DNA from: an uncultured virus (IMG/VR IMGVR_UViG_3300036045_000006)
Lineage: Duplodnaviria > Heunggongvirae > Uroviricota > Caudoviricetes
Direction: 5' to 3' (one strand)
DNA length: 20,000 nucleotides
IMG/VR virus record: IMGVR_UViG_3300036045_000006
Positions 1 through 8,659 of this stretch are shown piece after piece. Made by a program: the position numbers and the translations under genes. The notes beneath the pieces were generated by a model that was not told where the DNA came from, ran no database searches, and was given only the letters and a program-made list of their open reading frames with translations. Positions within the stretch are counted from its first letter, which is position 1, and the number at the start of each line of letters is the position of its first letter.

Positions 1-14
1 CAGGCGAGGGGAGA

Positions 15-281
15 GTGATGGACGAAGCACTAAGCAACGAGGAAATTAACGCTGCGATTGAAGCGCTTGGGCTACCGGCTGCAAACTACGCTGGGGAGAT
101 TGAAGCCGCCTTGCGACTGATTGAAGCAAACGGTGAAATCCTCACGCTGCGGAAATTGTTCATCGGGTGGCACGCTACGCTGGATGATCCGTACATGGAC
201 GATAGCACGGCCGGGTACGACTCGGACATGACGCGGGCGGTGGCATTGGCGTATCTCAATTATCGACGCGCGCGGGGGTGA
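15..281 (+). CDS. Hypothetical phage protein (88 aa)
   Basis: ORF preceded by a purine-rich RBS (GAGGGGAG). Its stop overlaps the next start (GTGA). Confidence 0.7.
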   Translation: MMDEALSNEEINAAIEALGLPAANYAGEIEAALRLIEANGEILTLRKLFIGWHATLDDPYMDDSTAGYDSDMTRAVALAYLNYRRARG

Positions 282-580
282 GTGATGGACTTATGGCAAT
301 CATCAATATTGTGGCAATTCACTGTGATGTTTGTGGTGATATGTCTGATCCCAGAGCAACCAGTGCGGAAGCCCGCACTGTAGCGGACGCAGACGGATGG
401 ACGCAGTATGAACACCGGAGCGGATTATACGATCTGTGTCCGGCCTGCTCCAGCAATCCAGTCGCCGCCATTACGGGCGATTGGCCGCCTGCGTCCACGT
501 TGCTGACGGTGATAGCGACTATCACATCACATGAAATTCGACCGACATTTACGGTTGACCTGGATGACGTTCATGATTAA
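278..580 (+). CDS. Small putative zinc-binding protein (CxxC...CxxC)
   Basis: CDVCGD and DLCPAC motifs with an intervening GW; coupled to the upstream ORF. Confidence 0.7.
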   Translation: MSDGLMAIINIVAIHCDVCGDMSDPRATSAEARTVADADGWTQYEHRSGLYDLCPACSSNPVAAITGDWPPASTLLTVIATITSHEIRPTFTVDLDDVHD

Positions 581-680
581 CTCGTTCATCCAAATCGCGC
601 CACTTTCCACGTCAATCTGTAGTTGTCTATGCGCCGGAGATCGACAGGCTGTTTGTTCATGAATCCATCGAGGACAGACT

Positions 681-1115
681 ATGGCTGAAAACCAGACACT
701 CGACACGGCCACCCACAAACGCATGGCCCAGCGCGCACAACAGGCGATCGATCACATTGCTGACATCGCCGTTGGCCGTGCAAAATTTCGGATGCGTATC
801 CCGGTGCAGCAGGACGACAGCGACATACTCTTGGCGGAGCAGGCCGAAAACGTGCTGCTGCTTCTGCGTCAGGCGACGCTGTACAGCGCGGAGTGTGCCG
901 ACCTGGAAGGCCAGAAGGACGGGATCGTGGGCCTGTTCTGGACGCTCGAAGAAGCGCAGGCCGCGTGCGATGAAGATGCAGATTTTCAGCTTGAATGGGA
1001 GCAGGAGCCAGACGATCCGCATTGGGTAGGTCGCAGCCGGGAAAGTTCACGAACCTACTATATTGAAGTCCGAGTTGTGGGTCAGGCGCGAAGCGATTTT
1101 GAGAGCGAGTCCTAG
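681..1115 (+). CDS. Hypothetical phage protein (144 aa)
   Basis: GAGGA RBS before the ATG. The C-terminal ~70 aa resemble the next ORF. Confidence 0.75.
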   Translation: MAENQTLDTATHKRMAQRAQQAIDHIADIAVGRAKFRMRIPVQQDDSDILLAEQAENVLLLLRQATLYSAECADLEGQKDGIVGLFWTLEEAQAACDEDADFQLEWEQEPDDPHWVGRSRESSRTYYIEVRVVGQARSDFESES

Positions 1116-1125
1116 AAGGCGACTT

Positions 1126-1359
1126 ATGAGCAAACTGACGGTCTACGTCTCTCAGTGCTTTTACTGGGACGAAAGGTCAGACGACCCGATCGTACTGCAC
1201 GAAAGTTTTGACGACGCGGCGGCATTCTCCCAGACGCAGGCTGACGAAGTTCTGTCCTGGGAACTTCAGAAGGATGGCATGTGGAAGGCGCGCAACTGGA
1301 AGCACAACCGAATATTTTTTATCTATCGCTGGCGCGTCGGCGAAGAGTTGACGGTTTAG
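1126..1359 (+). CDS. Hypothetical phage protein (77 aa), paralog of the upstream ORF's C-terminal domain
   Basis: ATG at 1126 (MSKLTVY) after GAAGG avoids overlap with the upstream gene; motif similarity to 681..1115. Confidence 0.7.
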   Translation: MSKLTVYVSQCFYWDERSDDPIVLHESFDDAAAFSQTQADEVLSWELQKDGMWKARNWKHNRIFFIYRWRVGEELTV

Positions 1360-1375
1360 AGTGAGGAGGGAAGCG

Positions 1376-1744
1376 ATGAGCAAGGCATGGACTGAGCAGG
1401 ATTACGAAGACCTTAAGGAAAAATACAGGTTACTGCATACGCCGGAAGCGGTCGTGGACATTATCAAGAGTCGGCTAGCGACCGGCAATCACGCGCCGAA
1501 CGGCACGGAGGAGTTACTGGCGTGGATACTCAATCTCGTTGACGCCAAACCCAAACTGAAGGAATCCGCAAAGCTGAAGTTCAAGCCCAGGGATCGGGTG
1601 CGGATCACCACAACTCCGGAGAATGTACAAGGCGTCATTGACAGGGTTGATTCATCGGATGAGGACGGCACCTGGTATCGTGTTCAGGTCTCCGCTGGCT
1701 GGTCCACATGGCGGAGAGAAGCGGAATTAGAGAGGGTGGAGTGA
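1376..1744 (+). CDS. Hypothetical protein with C-terminal KOW/SH3-like beta-barrel
   Basis: Strong RBS GAGGAGG before ATG 1376. The C-terminus FKPRDRVRI...GVIDRV...WYRVQV...W..EAELERV fits the pattern of phage SH3-fold proteins. Confidence 0.7.
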   Translation: MSKAWTEQDYEDLKEKYRLLHTPEAVVDIIKSRLATGNHAPNGTEELLAWILNLVDAKPKLKESAKLKFKPRDRVRITTTPENVQGVIDRVDSSDEDGTWYRVQVSAGWSTWRREAELERVE

Positions 1745-1793
1745 TGGATCAGCGGTTTGAACTGTCAGCGGATTATCAAGCTGAGGAGGACAG

Positions 1794-2141
1794 ATGAGTT
1801 TGCCAACCCCTGACGATCTGGAAATCTCGCTTTTGGCGAATATTACGTCAGAAGAAATCGCGATCTGGGAACGTGACACCATGGCGCGCATTGGCATCTG
1901 GCTGGAAAATAACGCGAAGAGGTGGCGAAAGAACCCTAACGAAGTGCTGCGTTACAACTACAAGGTGCCGTACTCATTCTGGCAAAACGACATCGACCAG
2001 AAACGCAAATACAAACTCTGGCAGATACATCGGTCAACGATCGCCAGTCACCTGCGTGAAGCGGGATGGGACGTAAAGATCGGTGATGCGTCTTATAGCA
2101 CAACCCTTCACATTCGTCCCTCTAAGAACCTCCCCACCTGA
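1794..2141 (+). CDS. Hypothetical phage protein (115 aa)
   Basis: GAGGAGGA RBS; ends just before the terminator. Confidence 0.75.
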   Translation: MSLPTPDDLEISLLANITSEEIAIWERDTMARIGIWLENNAKRWRKNPNEVLRYNYKVPYSFWQNDIDQKRKYKLWQIHRSTIASHLREAGWDVKIGDASYSTTLHIRPSKNLPT

Positions 2142-2145
2142 ATCA

Positions 2146-2171
2146 AAACGTCCCCATCATCGGGGACGTTT
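2146..2171. terminator. Bidirectional intrinsic terminator between convergent gene blocks
   Basis: AAACGTCCCC-atcatc-GGGGACGTTT perfect inverted repeat with A/T-rich flanks, between stops at 2141 (+) and 2188 (-). Confidence 0.8.
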
Positions 2172-2187
2172 CATTTACGTGCAGCGT

Positions 2188-2676
2188 CTAGCCCTGTGGC
2201 TCGTCGTCATCGTTCCAGGAGATCGGCGTATCCGTCCGGGCAGGTGTCGATGCAGCCACGGGAGCAGGTGGCTGCTTCTGACGTTCCAGATACGCGAGGA
2301 ACTCCTGATACTGGTCGCGCAGCTGCTGGCTGCGTTTATCGTCCAGTGTGCCCGGTGTGAGGCGCGTAAACTGCTGGTACAGGTCGAGCGCCGGATCGAC
2401 GACCGGCATTAACGACGGAATAAGTTTTTCCATCTTGTCTGCCGGAATGCTGCTGTGCAGCAGCCATGCGACCAATGCCACCAGTCCGAACACGGCCAGG
2501 TCCGTCAGACGCAGCGGCTCCGCCTCTTCGTCAACCGTGACGACGATCGGGGCAGGGGATGGACTGACCGGCGCCGCGACCTCGGTCGCTTCAGCGGTGG
2601 CTTCCTGGGCAAAGGCCAGGCCGGGGATGAGCAGAGCCAGCAGCACCAGCGCCAGCGCGAACAATAGTCGGTTCAT
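2188..2676 (-). CDS. Membrane protein with signal peptide plus one TM helix, holin-like position
   Basis: AGGAGG RBS; signal peptide ending AFA|Q; Ala/Pro/Glu linker; TM LAVFGLVALVAWLL; C-terminal TPGTLDD motif; last gene of the late operon. Confidence 0.7.
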   Translation of the reverse strand: MNRLLFALALVLLALLIPGLAFAQEATAEATEVAAPVSPSPAPIVVTVDEEAEPLRLTDLAVFGLVALVAWLLHSSIPADKMEKLIPSLMPVVDPALDLYQQFTRLTPGTLDDKRSQQLRDQYQEFLAYLERQKQPPAPVAASTPARTDTPISWNDDDEPQG

Positions 2677-2685
2677 AGAGTCCTC

Positions 2686-3486
2686 CTAATCCAGAAAAAA
2701 CTGACGGACAAACTCGATAATGCCTGGCAGGTTGATACTGAGTAGGGTCAGCAGACCGATCAGCAGGCCCACCAGCAGCGCCTCACCAAAACGAGTGTTC
2801 AGCAGAAACCCGCCCAGCAATGACCAGCGTCGCCGCCGCGCTTCCTGTTTGCGCTGTTCGGCACGCATAAACTCAAACACGGTCATGAGAAGTTCCCTCT
2901 GCTGAGCGATGTCGGCTTTCACTTCTTCCTTGCTGAGCGCAATGGCGGTGCGGATGCCAGGACGTGATTTATCGGTTGCGTCACCCTTAAATTCATCCTC
3001 AAATATCTTCAGGCGACCGTTGAAATTCTCGATCATGGCGGCGGCTTGAATTTGATTATCTGTCAGTATTGTCAGCCGGTAGCGAATATCGCTTTCGATG
3101 TCGCCAATCCGGCGGGTGTGATCCCGCACCAGTTCATCGCGGGCCTCGATGCTGTCATCGAGACCCGTTAACTGCGAACTGATGCCCTTGACTTTGACCT
3201 CAATCTGACCCAGCCCTTCGGCCAGCTGCTGTACTGACGGATTCAGCGTTGCCAACTGCGTCTGGATCGCAGCGAATTTACTGACCACCGCTGCGACCTG
3301 TTCGTTTATGGCGTTGATCTGCTGGTCACGCTGATCCAATGCCGACCGCAGATCGGCCTGCGTCACAAAATGACGGCTGTCCAGAATGCGGTGAATCTGC
3401 GTGTCCATCTCTTCCGCAACGATGCGGCGAATATTCGCCAGCAGCGGTTCTTCGGACGACAGCGGCCCGGTATCCGGTACAGTCAC
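2686..3486 (-). CDS. Coiled-coil protein with C-terminal membrane anchor (~266 aa), lysis-region gene
   Basis: Probable GTG start at 3486 overlapping the upstream stop (GTGA). Long heptad region, then RRRRW and hydrophobic segments. Confidence 0.7.
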   Translation of the reverse strand: MTVPDTGPLSSEEPLLANIRRIVAEEMDTQIHRILDSRHFVTQADLRSALDQRDQQINAINEQVAAVVSKFAAIQTQLATLNPSVQQLAEGLGQIEVKVKGISSQLTGLDDSIEARDELVRDHTRRIGDIESDIRYRLTILTDNQIQAAAMIENFNGRLKIFEDEFKGDATDKSRPGIRTAIALSKEEVKADIAQQRELLMTVFEFMRAEQRKQEARRRRWSLLGGFLLNTRFGEALLVGLLIGLLTLLSINLPGIIEFVRQFFLD

Positions 3487-3677
3487 AAGGTCTGCGCCTT
3501 CAGTTTCTGGTAGAGCGCTTCCACCAGATTGAGCCGCGTGCGCAGCATGGCGATCAGGTAATCCTTCTCGGCTTCCGTCAGTCGGTCGACCGTCATCAGC
3601 CTGAGCAGGCGGTAGAGCATCGTGAACGTCAGCGTTGCGAGCCACAGGCCTACGATGGAGTCCCACCGCCGCCACAC
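3483..3677 (-). CDS. Small single-TM membrane protein (64 aa)
   Basis: Starts 3 nt after the previous stop; N-terminal hydrophobic IVGLWLATLTFTMLY; coupled to the downstream ORF. Confidence 0.6.
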   Translation of the reverse strand: MWRRWDSIVGLWLATLTFTMLYRLLRLMTVDRLTEAEKDYLIAMLRTRLNLVEALYQKLKAQTL

Positions 3678-3680
3678 GGC

Positions 3681-4472
3681 CTAATGGCCCTGAAGTCCAT
3701 CCGCCAGCGCGTTCGCCAGCAGCCGCAGCATACTCGCTGCTTCGGTCATCGAGCCGATGTTGTAAATGCCAAGAGTGCCCATCAGGTTTCCACGCCAGAG
3801 AATCGTGACGGTGATCTGCGGGTTCTCATCCGGTTCCGGTTCGGGGTCAGGGTCTGGCAGTGGATTGGGAGTTGGCTCTGGCAACGGATCGGGATCAAGT
3901 GCAGGTGTTGGCGCAGCGTTTTTCTTGAGGATCAGCGCCGGTGCGCCGTAACTGGGCGCGACCTTCTCGATCGTCACACGCAGCACATCCACAAAGCCGT
4001 CGTTGGATTTCCACAATGAGTCAAACATCAACCCAAAATCAATGATGACCGGCTCTGGCCCCACAACCTGGATCACTGCCAGCGATTCCTCGCCCTCGCT
4101 GTTGCGCGCGAACCGGGCGTCTGCTCCGGTGTGGCTGTAGCGCTGGCCCTCATGCGTGATTTCAAAGCCCCACCCCAGATCGGGGATCGGCCCGGCGGTC
4201 TGACGAGCAATCCGCGCCGCCAGCACATAACGGCCAGCAGGCAGGCTGATATTGCGCTGAAGATACCCAGCGCGCTCAAACTGCCGGTAAGCCACATGGA
4301 AGCGACTGCCGGACGGGGTCAGGTTGAACGCTTCCGGTGGCGGATTGTCCTCTGCCGCGTTGTCCTGCGTGATGATGTCCCATCCGGGTGGAAATGCCTG
4401 GTTACGCCCGAAGGGCGACTGCTCGCGTTCTACCCCGGCGAGCGTCGGGTTGGTGACAAAGGTCTCAGCCAT
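3681..4472 (-). CDS. Protein with putative carbohydrate-binding-like beta-sandwich, Pro/Asp/Glu linker and short C-terminal domain
   Basis: AGGAG RBS; N-terminal NP.L...P.GW pattern, beta-rich, GRYVLAA motif; DPDPLPEPTPNPLPDPDPEPEPD linker. The fold is inferred. Confidence 0.65.
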   Translation of the reverse strand: MAETFVTNPTLAGVEREQSPFGRNQAFPPGWDIITQDNAAEDNPPPEAFNLTPSGSRFHVAYRQFERAGYLQRNISLPAGRYVLAARIARQTAGPIPDLGWGFEITHEGQRYSHTGADARFARNSEGEESLAVIQVVGPEPVIIDFGLMFDSLWKSNDGFVDVLRVTIEKVAPSYGAPALILKKNAAPTPALDPDPLPEPTPNPLPDPDPEPEPDENPQITVTILWRGNLMGTLGIYNIGSMTEAASMLRLLANALADGLQGH

Positions 4473-4486
4473 TTTCTCCTGCTAAC

Positions 4487-4521
4487 GGAACAGATGTTCC
4501 ACTTACTCGTCTATTGTATCA
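4487..4521 (-). promoter_or_regulatory. Extended -10 promoter with downstream LexA-type box
   Basis: Minus strand TGaTACAAT (4521-4513), then GGAACATCTGTTCC (4500-4487), AGGAG, and ATG 4472. Confidence 0.7.
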
Positions 4522-4527
4522 TTGACT

Positions 4528-4854
4528 TCAGACATGATCCATCGATCCAAGGCTTGCAATCAGCGCGTTGATCTCACATTGCCACCAATATCCACGACCA
4601 CCGGCGACGATGCGTCCATCATCAATACGATTCATTAAACAGAATTGACGCGACCATCGTTGACTGGCATTTTCCAGTCTGTGAAATTCTCCACTGATCA
4701 AACAACCGCCATCTCGAATGAGATAGACATCGGTTGTCACGAGTTCATATGGATACCTTCCATCACAAGTGTGCAATTGCCGATTGACTTCAATCGATAT
4801 TAGCAATAGGCATAAACTGAGAAAGATCAGCACTATCTTTGCGCAGCGAGACAT
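4528..4854 (-). CDS. Small exported or membrane-anchored Cys-containing protein (~108 aa), AT-rich
   Basis: ATG 4854 overlaps the end of the hub gene; hydrophobic N-terminus IVLIFLSLCLLLISI; four further Cys residues. Confidence 0.55.
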   Translation of the reverse strand: MSRCAKIVLIFLSLCLLLISIEVNRQLHTCDGRYPYELVTTDVYLIRDGGCLISGEFHRLENASQRWSRQFCLMNRIDDGRIVAGGRGYWWQCEINALIASLGSMDHV

Positions 4855-6608
4855 GAACCACGCACCCGGACATTCAATTCGATAATTCCCTGAGATCCCC
4901 AAGCCTGGATCATAGATTGATTAATACCGACCTCTGCATTACGTTGACCACAGCGAAACTCAATTGAATGATCCCGGTAGATACTACCGGTTTGTTCAAA
5001 CAAAATATCAGTAATGTCACATTCCACATTGATCGACTGATTAACGCCACTTGCCCACGGCCCGCCAAGTCGATTTGTATATTCTATTCCGTTGATGAAT
5101 AACCTGAGATCAGACGGATACTCCGTGTGAATATTGCAGCGCCAGTAACCCGCGACATAAGATATCCCAGGCGGCGGAACCTCGACAAATGATAAAAAGT
5201 TTGATGTGTTGTCCAATGGTCGCGTCTTAAATCTGATCCTCACCCGATCAATTTCGGTGATCTCTTCGTCAATTTCTAACTTAAAGACAGCCCATTTGTG
5301 ATCAGAAAAAGCAAAGTTCCCATCGTTCATAATGGTATCTGTCCAGGTGTTCTCGCTCCATATAGCCGTGTTCTTCGGTTCGCGGTGGATCAGTCTTACA
5401 TCCTCCATCGTCTGCACCACGGCGCTCATGGTGTCCTGGTGCGGACGATCCACGTTGCTGATCTCCAGATCCAGCGACAGCCCGTCTGGTGACAGACGCT
5501 CGCTTGCTGAGGTGATATAGAACATCCCGCTGACGGTCTCGTCAGCGAATACGTCGTCATATGCACTGCGTACATCGCCGTGATACCACAACCGGATCAT
5601 GTCGCCGGTACGCACCGTCCTGGCGCACTTGGTGACGGATACCCGGTAGGTGGTTTGTTCAACAGCGGCCCGTGCCATCCATTCCCTGCCAGCCTGCAAA
5701 AGCGCATTGGATGATCGTCGTTTGCCCTCGACGGAGTTGTTGATCTGCGTGATCTCTTTGAATGTGACAGCCATCTCCCGGCGTCCGTAGCGCGCAATGC
5801 TGGCCGCGTCCTCGATGTAATAGTAGGTCTTGCCGTCATCTTCCACGCGGCTTTTCACGTCGGGGTCGTCGCTGTATTTCAACGTCAGCGCTGCTGTACC
5901 CTCCCCATTGCCAAACACAAACGCCGCATTGGTCACGTCTTCGCTGTCGGCCAAAATTTGCATCGAGGTGATAAACGCCACGTCCGCATTATCGTTCTGG
6001 TATGGCACAGCAGAATTGATGTTCATGAGTGTGAGATTGATGTCGGTGGCAAACCGGCCCATCTCAAGCACCGGCGCGCCCAGCATCGGCTGGGGCAGCT
6101 TCTCTCGAAGGTGCAGCCCTAACTGCTTCGCCATCGTCTGAAGAATTTTCAGGCTGGATGCGCCGGTGTAACGCCCGTCGATCGTGACGTTTTCCAGACC
6201 CGCTTCCAGTTCCACCCGCCAGCCAGCGCGGGCCGCGACCTGGTTGGCCGCAACGTTAAGGAGCGTATCGTCAAAGACTGCAAAGCTCACGACATGTTTC
6301 AGATCGGCCAGCGCATCCGTGCCTGTGCCGCTGCGCGTCTTGCCGCCGGTGGAGACATTCTTGCGCAGCTTCTGAATAGTGCCCCGGCAGAATTCGCGGT
6401 ACTGGCCGTTCTGCTCGACCTTAATCTGCACGCGCGTTTCGGTTGTAAAAAACCGCATCGTGCGCTCATCCCCGACCGGCACGTCGATCTGAATCGTGCC
6501 CGCACCGTCCAGCTTGCGGTTGACGCTGGCCGAGAGAATCTTGATCGGCCCTTCCGCGTCCGGGTGCTTCACCCATCCAGGTGTATATACATCCGCCAGG
6601 ATATTCAT
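4833..6608 (-). CDS. Tail tip / baseplate hub (Tal-like) protein with variable C-terminal domain
   Basis: 591 aa downstream of TMP-Dit. N-terminal SVNRKLDGAGTIQI, VTNAAFVFGNGEG, SIARYGRRE and TGDMIRL motifs are typical of siphovirus hub proteins. Confidence 0.7.
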   Translation of the reverse strand: MNILADVYTPGWVKHPDAEGPIKILSASVNRKLDGAGTIQIDVPVGDERTMRFFTTETRVQIKVEQNGQYREFCRGTIQKLRKNVSTGGKTRSGTGTDALADLKHVVSFAVFDDTLLNVAANQVAARAGWRVELEAGLENVTIDGRYTGASSLKILQTMAKQLGLHLREKLPQPMLGAPVLEMGRFATDINLTLMNINSAVPYQNDNADVAFITSMQILADSEDVTNAAFVFGNGEGTAALTLKYSDDPDVKSRVEDDGKTYYYIEDAASIARYGRREMAVTFKEITQINNSVEGKRRSSNALLQAGREWMARAAVEQTTYRVSVTKCARTVRTGDMIRLWYHGDVRSAYDDVFADETVSGMFYITSASERLSPDGLSLDLEISNVDRPHQDTMSAVVQTMEDVRLIHREPKNTAIWSENTWTDTIMNDGNFAFSDHKWAVFKLEIDEEITEIDRVRIRFKTRPLDNTSNFLSFVEVPPPGISYVAGYWRCNIHTEYPSDLRLFINGIEYTNRLGGPWASGVNQSINVECDITDILFEQTGSIYRDHSIEFRCGQRNAEVGINQSMIQAWGSQGIIELNVRVRGSCLAAQR

Positions 6609-7792
6609 CAGTCGCTTTCCACCATCATGGTGCGGATCAATATGGATTTGGCAACTGCCGCCTGTGTATAGGCGATCACCACCAGCGACAGGTTATCCGT
6701 CGCGGCGGGCAGGGTGGCGGACAGCGACGTCTCGGTACTGTCGTTGACGCTAAAATAAGCCTGCCCCATACTGGCGTCGTACCGCACGCGCAGCAGGTAT
6801 CTCGTGTTGGTTGCAATCGATCCAATCGGCGCGCCCAGGGTTTGCGCCACGCCGGTGCAGGTGACTGGCCGCCAGCCGGCGTCGCCAGCCGTTGTCGAAT
6901 AACGGAAACCGAGGTAAGGATTTGACAACGTATCGCTGTTGGCAACGGTTGTATTAAACAGGCCGACATAAATGCGAACTGCTGAAATGTCCGCCCCGGT
7001 GCGAATCACAGCTTCGAATGTAGGGCTGTGACCAATGCGAACCGCTTGCAGCGTATTCAGCACAAATGCCAGGCCGCCAGCCGATGCAGGGGTTGCATAG
7101 GCTGTGTAGTGGCTGTCGGACTGATGAGATGATGTGGCTGTGCCTCCTATCGTTGCGCCCTCCGCACCCAGAGGGACGACACCGGCATTGGACGACTGAT
7201 ACCCCCACCACCGGCGTCGCGCGAAACCCGGCAGCACGTCCAGCCGCCGCGTGCTGCCGACCGTCACCAGGCTGCGCGACGGAACGACGAGATCAGTGAT
7301 GCTGGTATTTGCGGCCGGGATTTGCGTCACTAGGCGGAACGACATGTCCTGCGCGATGCCGACCACATTCGCAAGTCCTGCGAATTTGTAAAGCGCCAGG
7401 ACTTTGTTCGTGTCGTTGAGGACATAATCCTGCTGGTTTTGCAGGTAGATATTGCCCCCGACGGCCAGGTGCTTCACGGTGATAACGCGCGCATTATTCT
7501 TGATGCGAATGTAGATCACCTGGCCGTCAACCATGCTGTTGATGGCAACCAGATCGTCGGATCCGACCAGGCCAAATGTGTCCAGAATGTGCTGGCTCAG
7601 CGTCGCGGTAAACGCGCCGTTGACATCCAGCGTGACTTCGGTCCCGGCCTGGGACGGCCCGTTGACCAGGCGCCTCGTCGGGATAACGCCCGTCTGCATG
7701 TTCTTGATCGCAGTTTCCAGACCCGCAAAATTGGTATTGAGCGGGTCGTTATCGGCGATCCCATCCGGGATTACGGTATAGTAGTCAGGCAT
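6608..7792 (-). CDS. Minor tail protein / putative tail fibre or receptor-binding protein
   Basis: 394 aa after Dit; N-terminal LNTNFAGLETAI anchor-like helix; Thr/Ala/Gly-rich beta C-terminus resembling a lectin-type fold. Confidence 0.6.
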   Translation of the reverse strand: MPDYYTVIPDGIADNDPLNTNFAGLETAIKNMQTGVIPTRRLVNGPSQAGTEVTLDVNGAFTATLSQHILDTFGLVGSDDLVAINSMVDGQVIYIRIKNNARVITVKHLAVGGNIYLQNQQDYVLNDTNKVLALYKFAGLANVVGIAQDMSFRLVTQIPAANTSITDLVVPSRSLVTVGSTRRLDVLPGFARRRWWGYQSSNAGVVPLGAEGATIGGTATSSHQSDSHYTAYATPASAGGLAFVLNTLQAVRIGHSPTFEAVIRTGADISAVRIYVGLFNTTVANSDTLSNPYLGFRYSTTAGDAGWRPVTCTGVAQTLGAPIGSIATNTRYLLRVRYDASMGQAYFSVNDSTETSLSATLPAATDNLSLVVIAYTQAAVAKSILIRTMMVESD

Positions 7793-7795
7793 TTT

Positions 7796-8659
7796 TTAAC
7801 TCCATGCGTCATAAAAACCGACGCGGATTGCAGCGGGTGCGGCCAGCGTGCCATTCAGCTGAAGGGTGTTTGCGCCCGGCTCCAGGCGCAGGTATCCGGT
7901 TCCAGCAATGACATCGGTCAGGTGGTAGGCGCTAACCAGTCCAGTACTGGTGAACTGAGTGATACTCAGATCCCAGCCGTTGATGATCAATTTATCCCCG
8001 GCCGCCAGGCTGCTGCGCCAGAAGAAGCCATCGACCTCACGTCCGTTTTCTATGCGCGCGATCCGAATGTTGCTGGACGTACCGGTCGCCGTCAGTGTCA
8101 GATGAATCGGCGTATCGGTATCGCCGTTGTTGGTCAGCGTCCAGGTATCGCCGTCGCCTCCCGTGGTGCTGAGTTGCGGTGCGGCCCAGTTGTTTTCACC
8201 CCACAGCGTGCCGTCGCCCCACTCCCACCCTGATCGGCTGTACCAGCGGGGATCCTCCGCGCTGAAATTGATGCGCACCGGCTGGATCAGATCGGTGTGT
8301 TTGTGCAACTGCTCGTTCATGCCGATATTGGCGACCTTGCACACGCAGAAGCGCGCCGGACGGGTGGCGTGCGCGGGCTTCATCCAGAGCGTGCCGCGTC
8401 CCCAACGTTCCATACGTTTCACATCGCGGCGGAGATCGTCCATGCCGTCGCGTAAATACGCCCGCAGATTAAAGTCCAGCGAGATCGATCCGATTTCTTT
8501 GCGATAAGGCCGATCCTGTTCCTGATCCACGCCGCCATCCATGCCAACGGCGCGCTGCATCCGCTGAAGCACCTGCGTGAAATTGGTCGTCAGCGCTTCC
8601 TGATAGATCGGAAACGTGTACTGGTTGCCCTTTGCGCGGAAATACAGAATCTGCGTCAT
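7796..8659 (-). CDS. Distal tail protein (Dit)
   Basis: ATGA overlap with the TMP stop; F.AEDPRWY, LTNNGDTDTPI and LRLEPGANTL motifs are characteristic of siphovirus Dit. Confidence 0.8.
   Translation of the reverse strand: MTQILYFRAKGNQYTFPIYQEALTTNFTQVLQRMQRAVGMDGGVDQEQDRPYRKEIGSISLDFNLRAYLRDGMDDLRRDVKRMERWGRGTLWMKPAHATRPARFCVCKVANIGMNEQLHKHTDLIQPVRINFSAEDPRWYSRSGWEWGDGTLWGENNWAAPQLSTTGGDGDTWTLTNNGDTDTPIHLTLTATGTSSNIRIARIENGREVDGFFWRSSLAAGDKLIINGWDLSITQFTSTGLVSAYHLTDVIAGTGYLRLEPGANTLQLNGTLAAPAAIRVGFYDAWS

Noticed and set aside
573..662. 29-codon Cys-rich ORF in the 580-681 gap
   Set aside because: Short, weak RBS and no supporting features.
3487..3675. N-terminal 63 codons of the 329-aa ORF call
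   Set aside because: Overlaps the 64-aa TM gene in another frame; the GTGA-coupled start at 3486 is more plausible.
3825..3905. Repetitive DNA suggestive of a tandem repeat or array
   Set aside because: It is simply the codon pattern of the Pro-Asp/Glu linker; no fixed repeat-spacer structure.
4833..7792. Diversity-generating retroelement target in tail genes
   Set aside because: No reverse transcriptase and no TR/VR repeat pair seen in this window.
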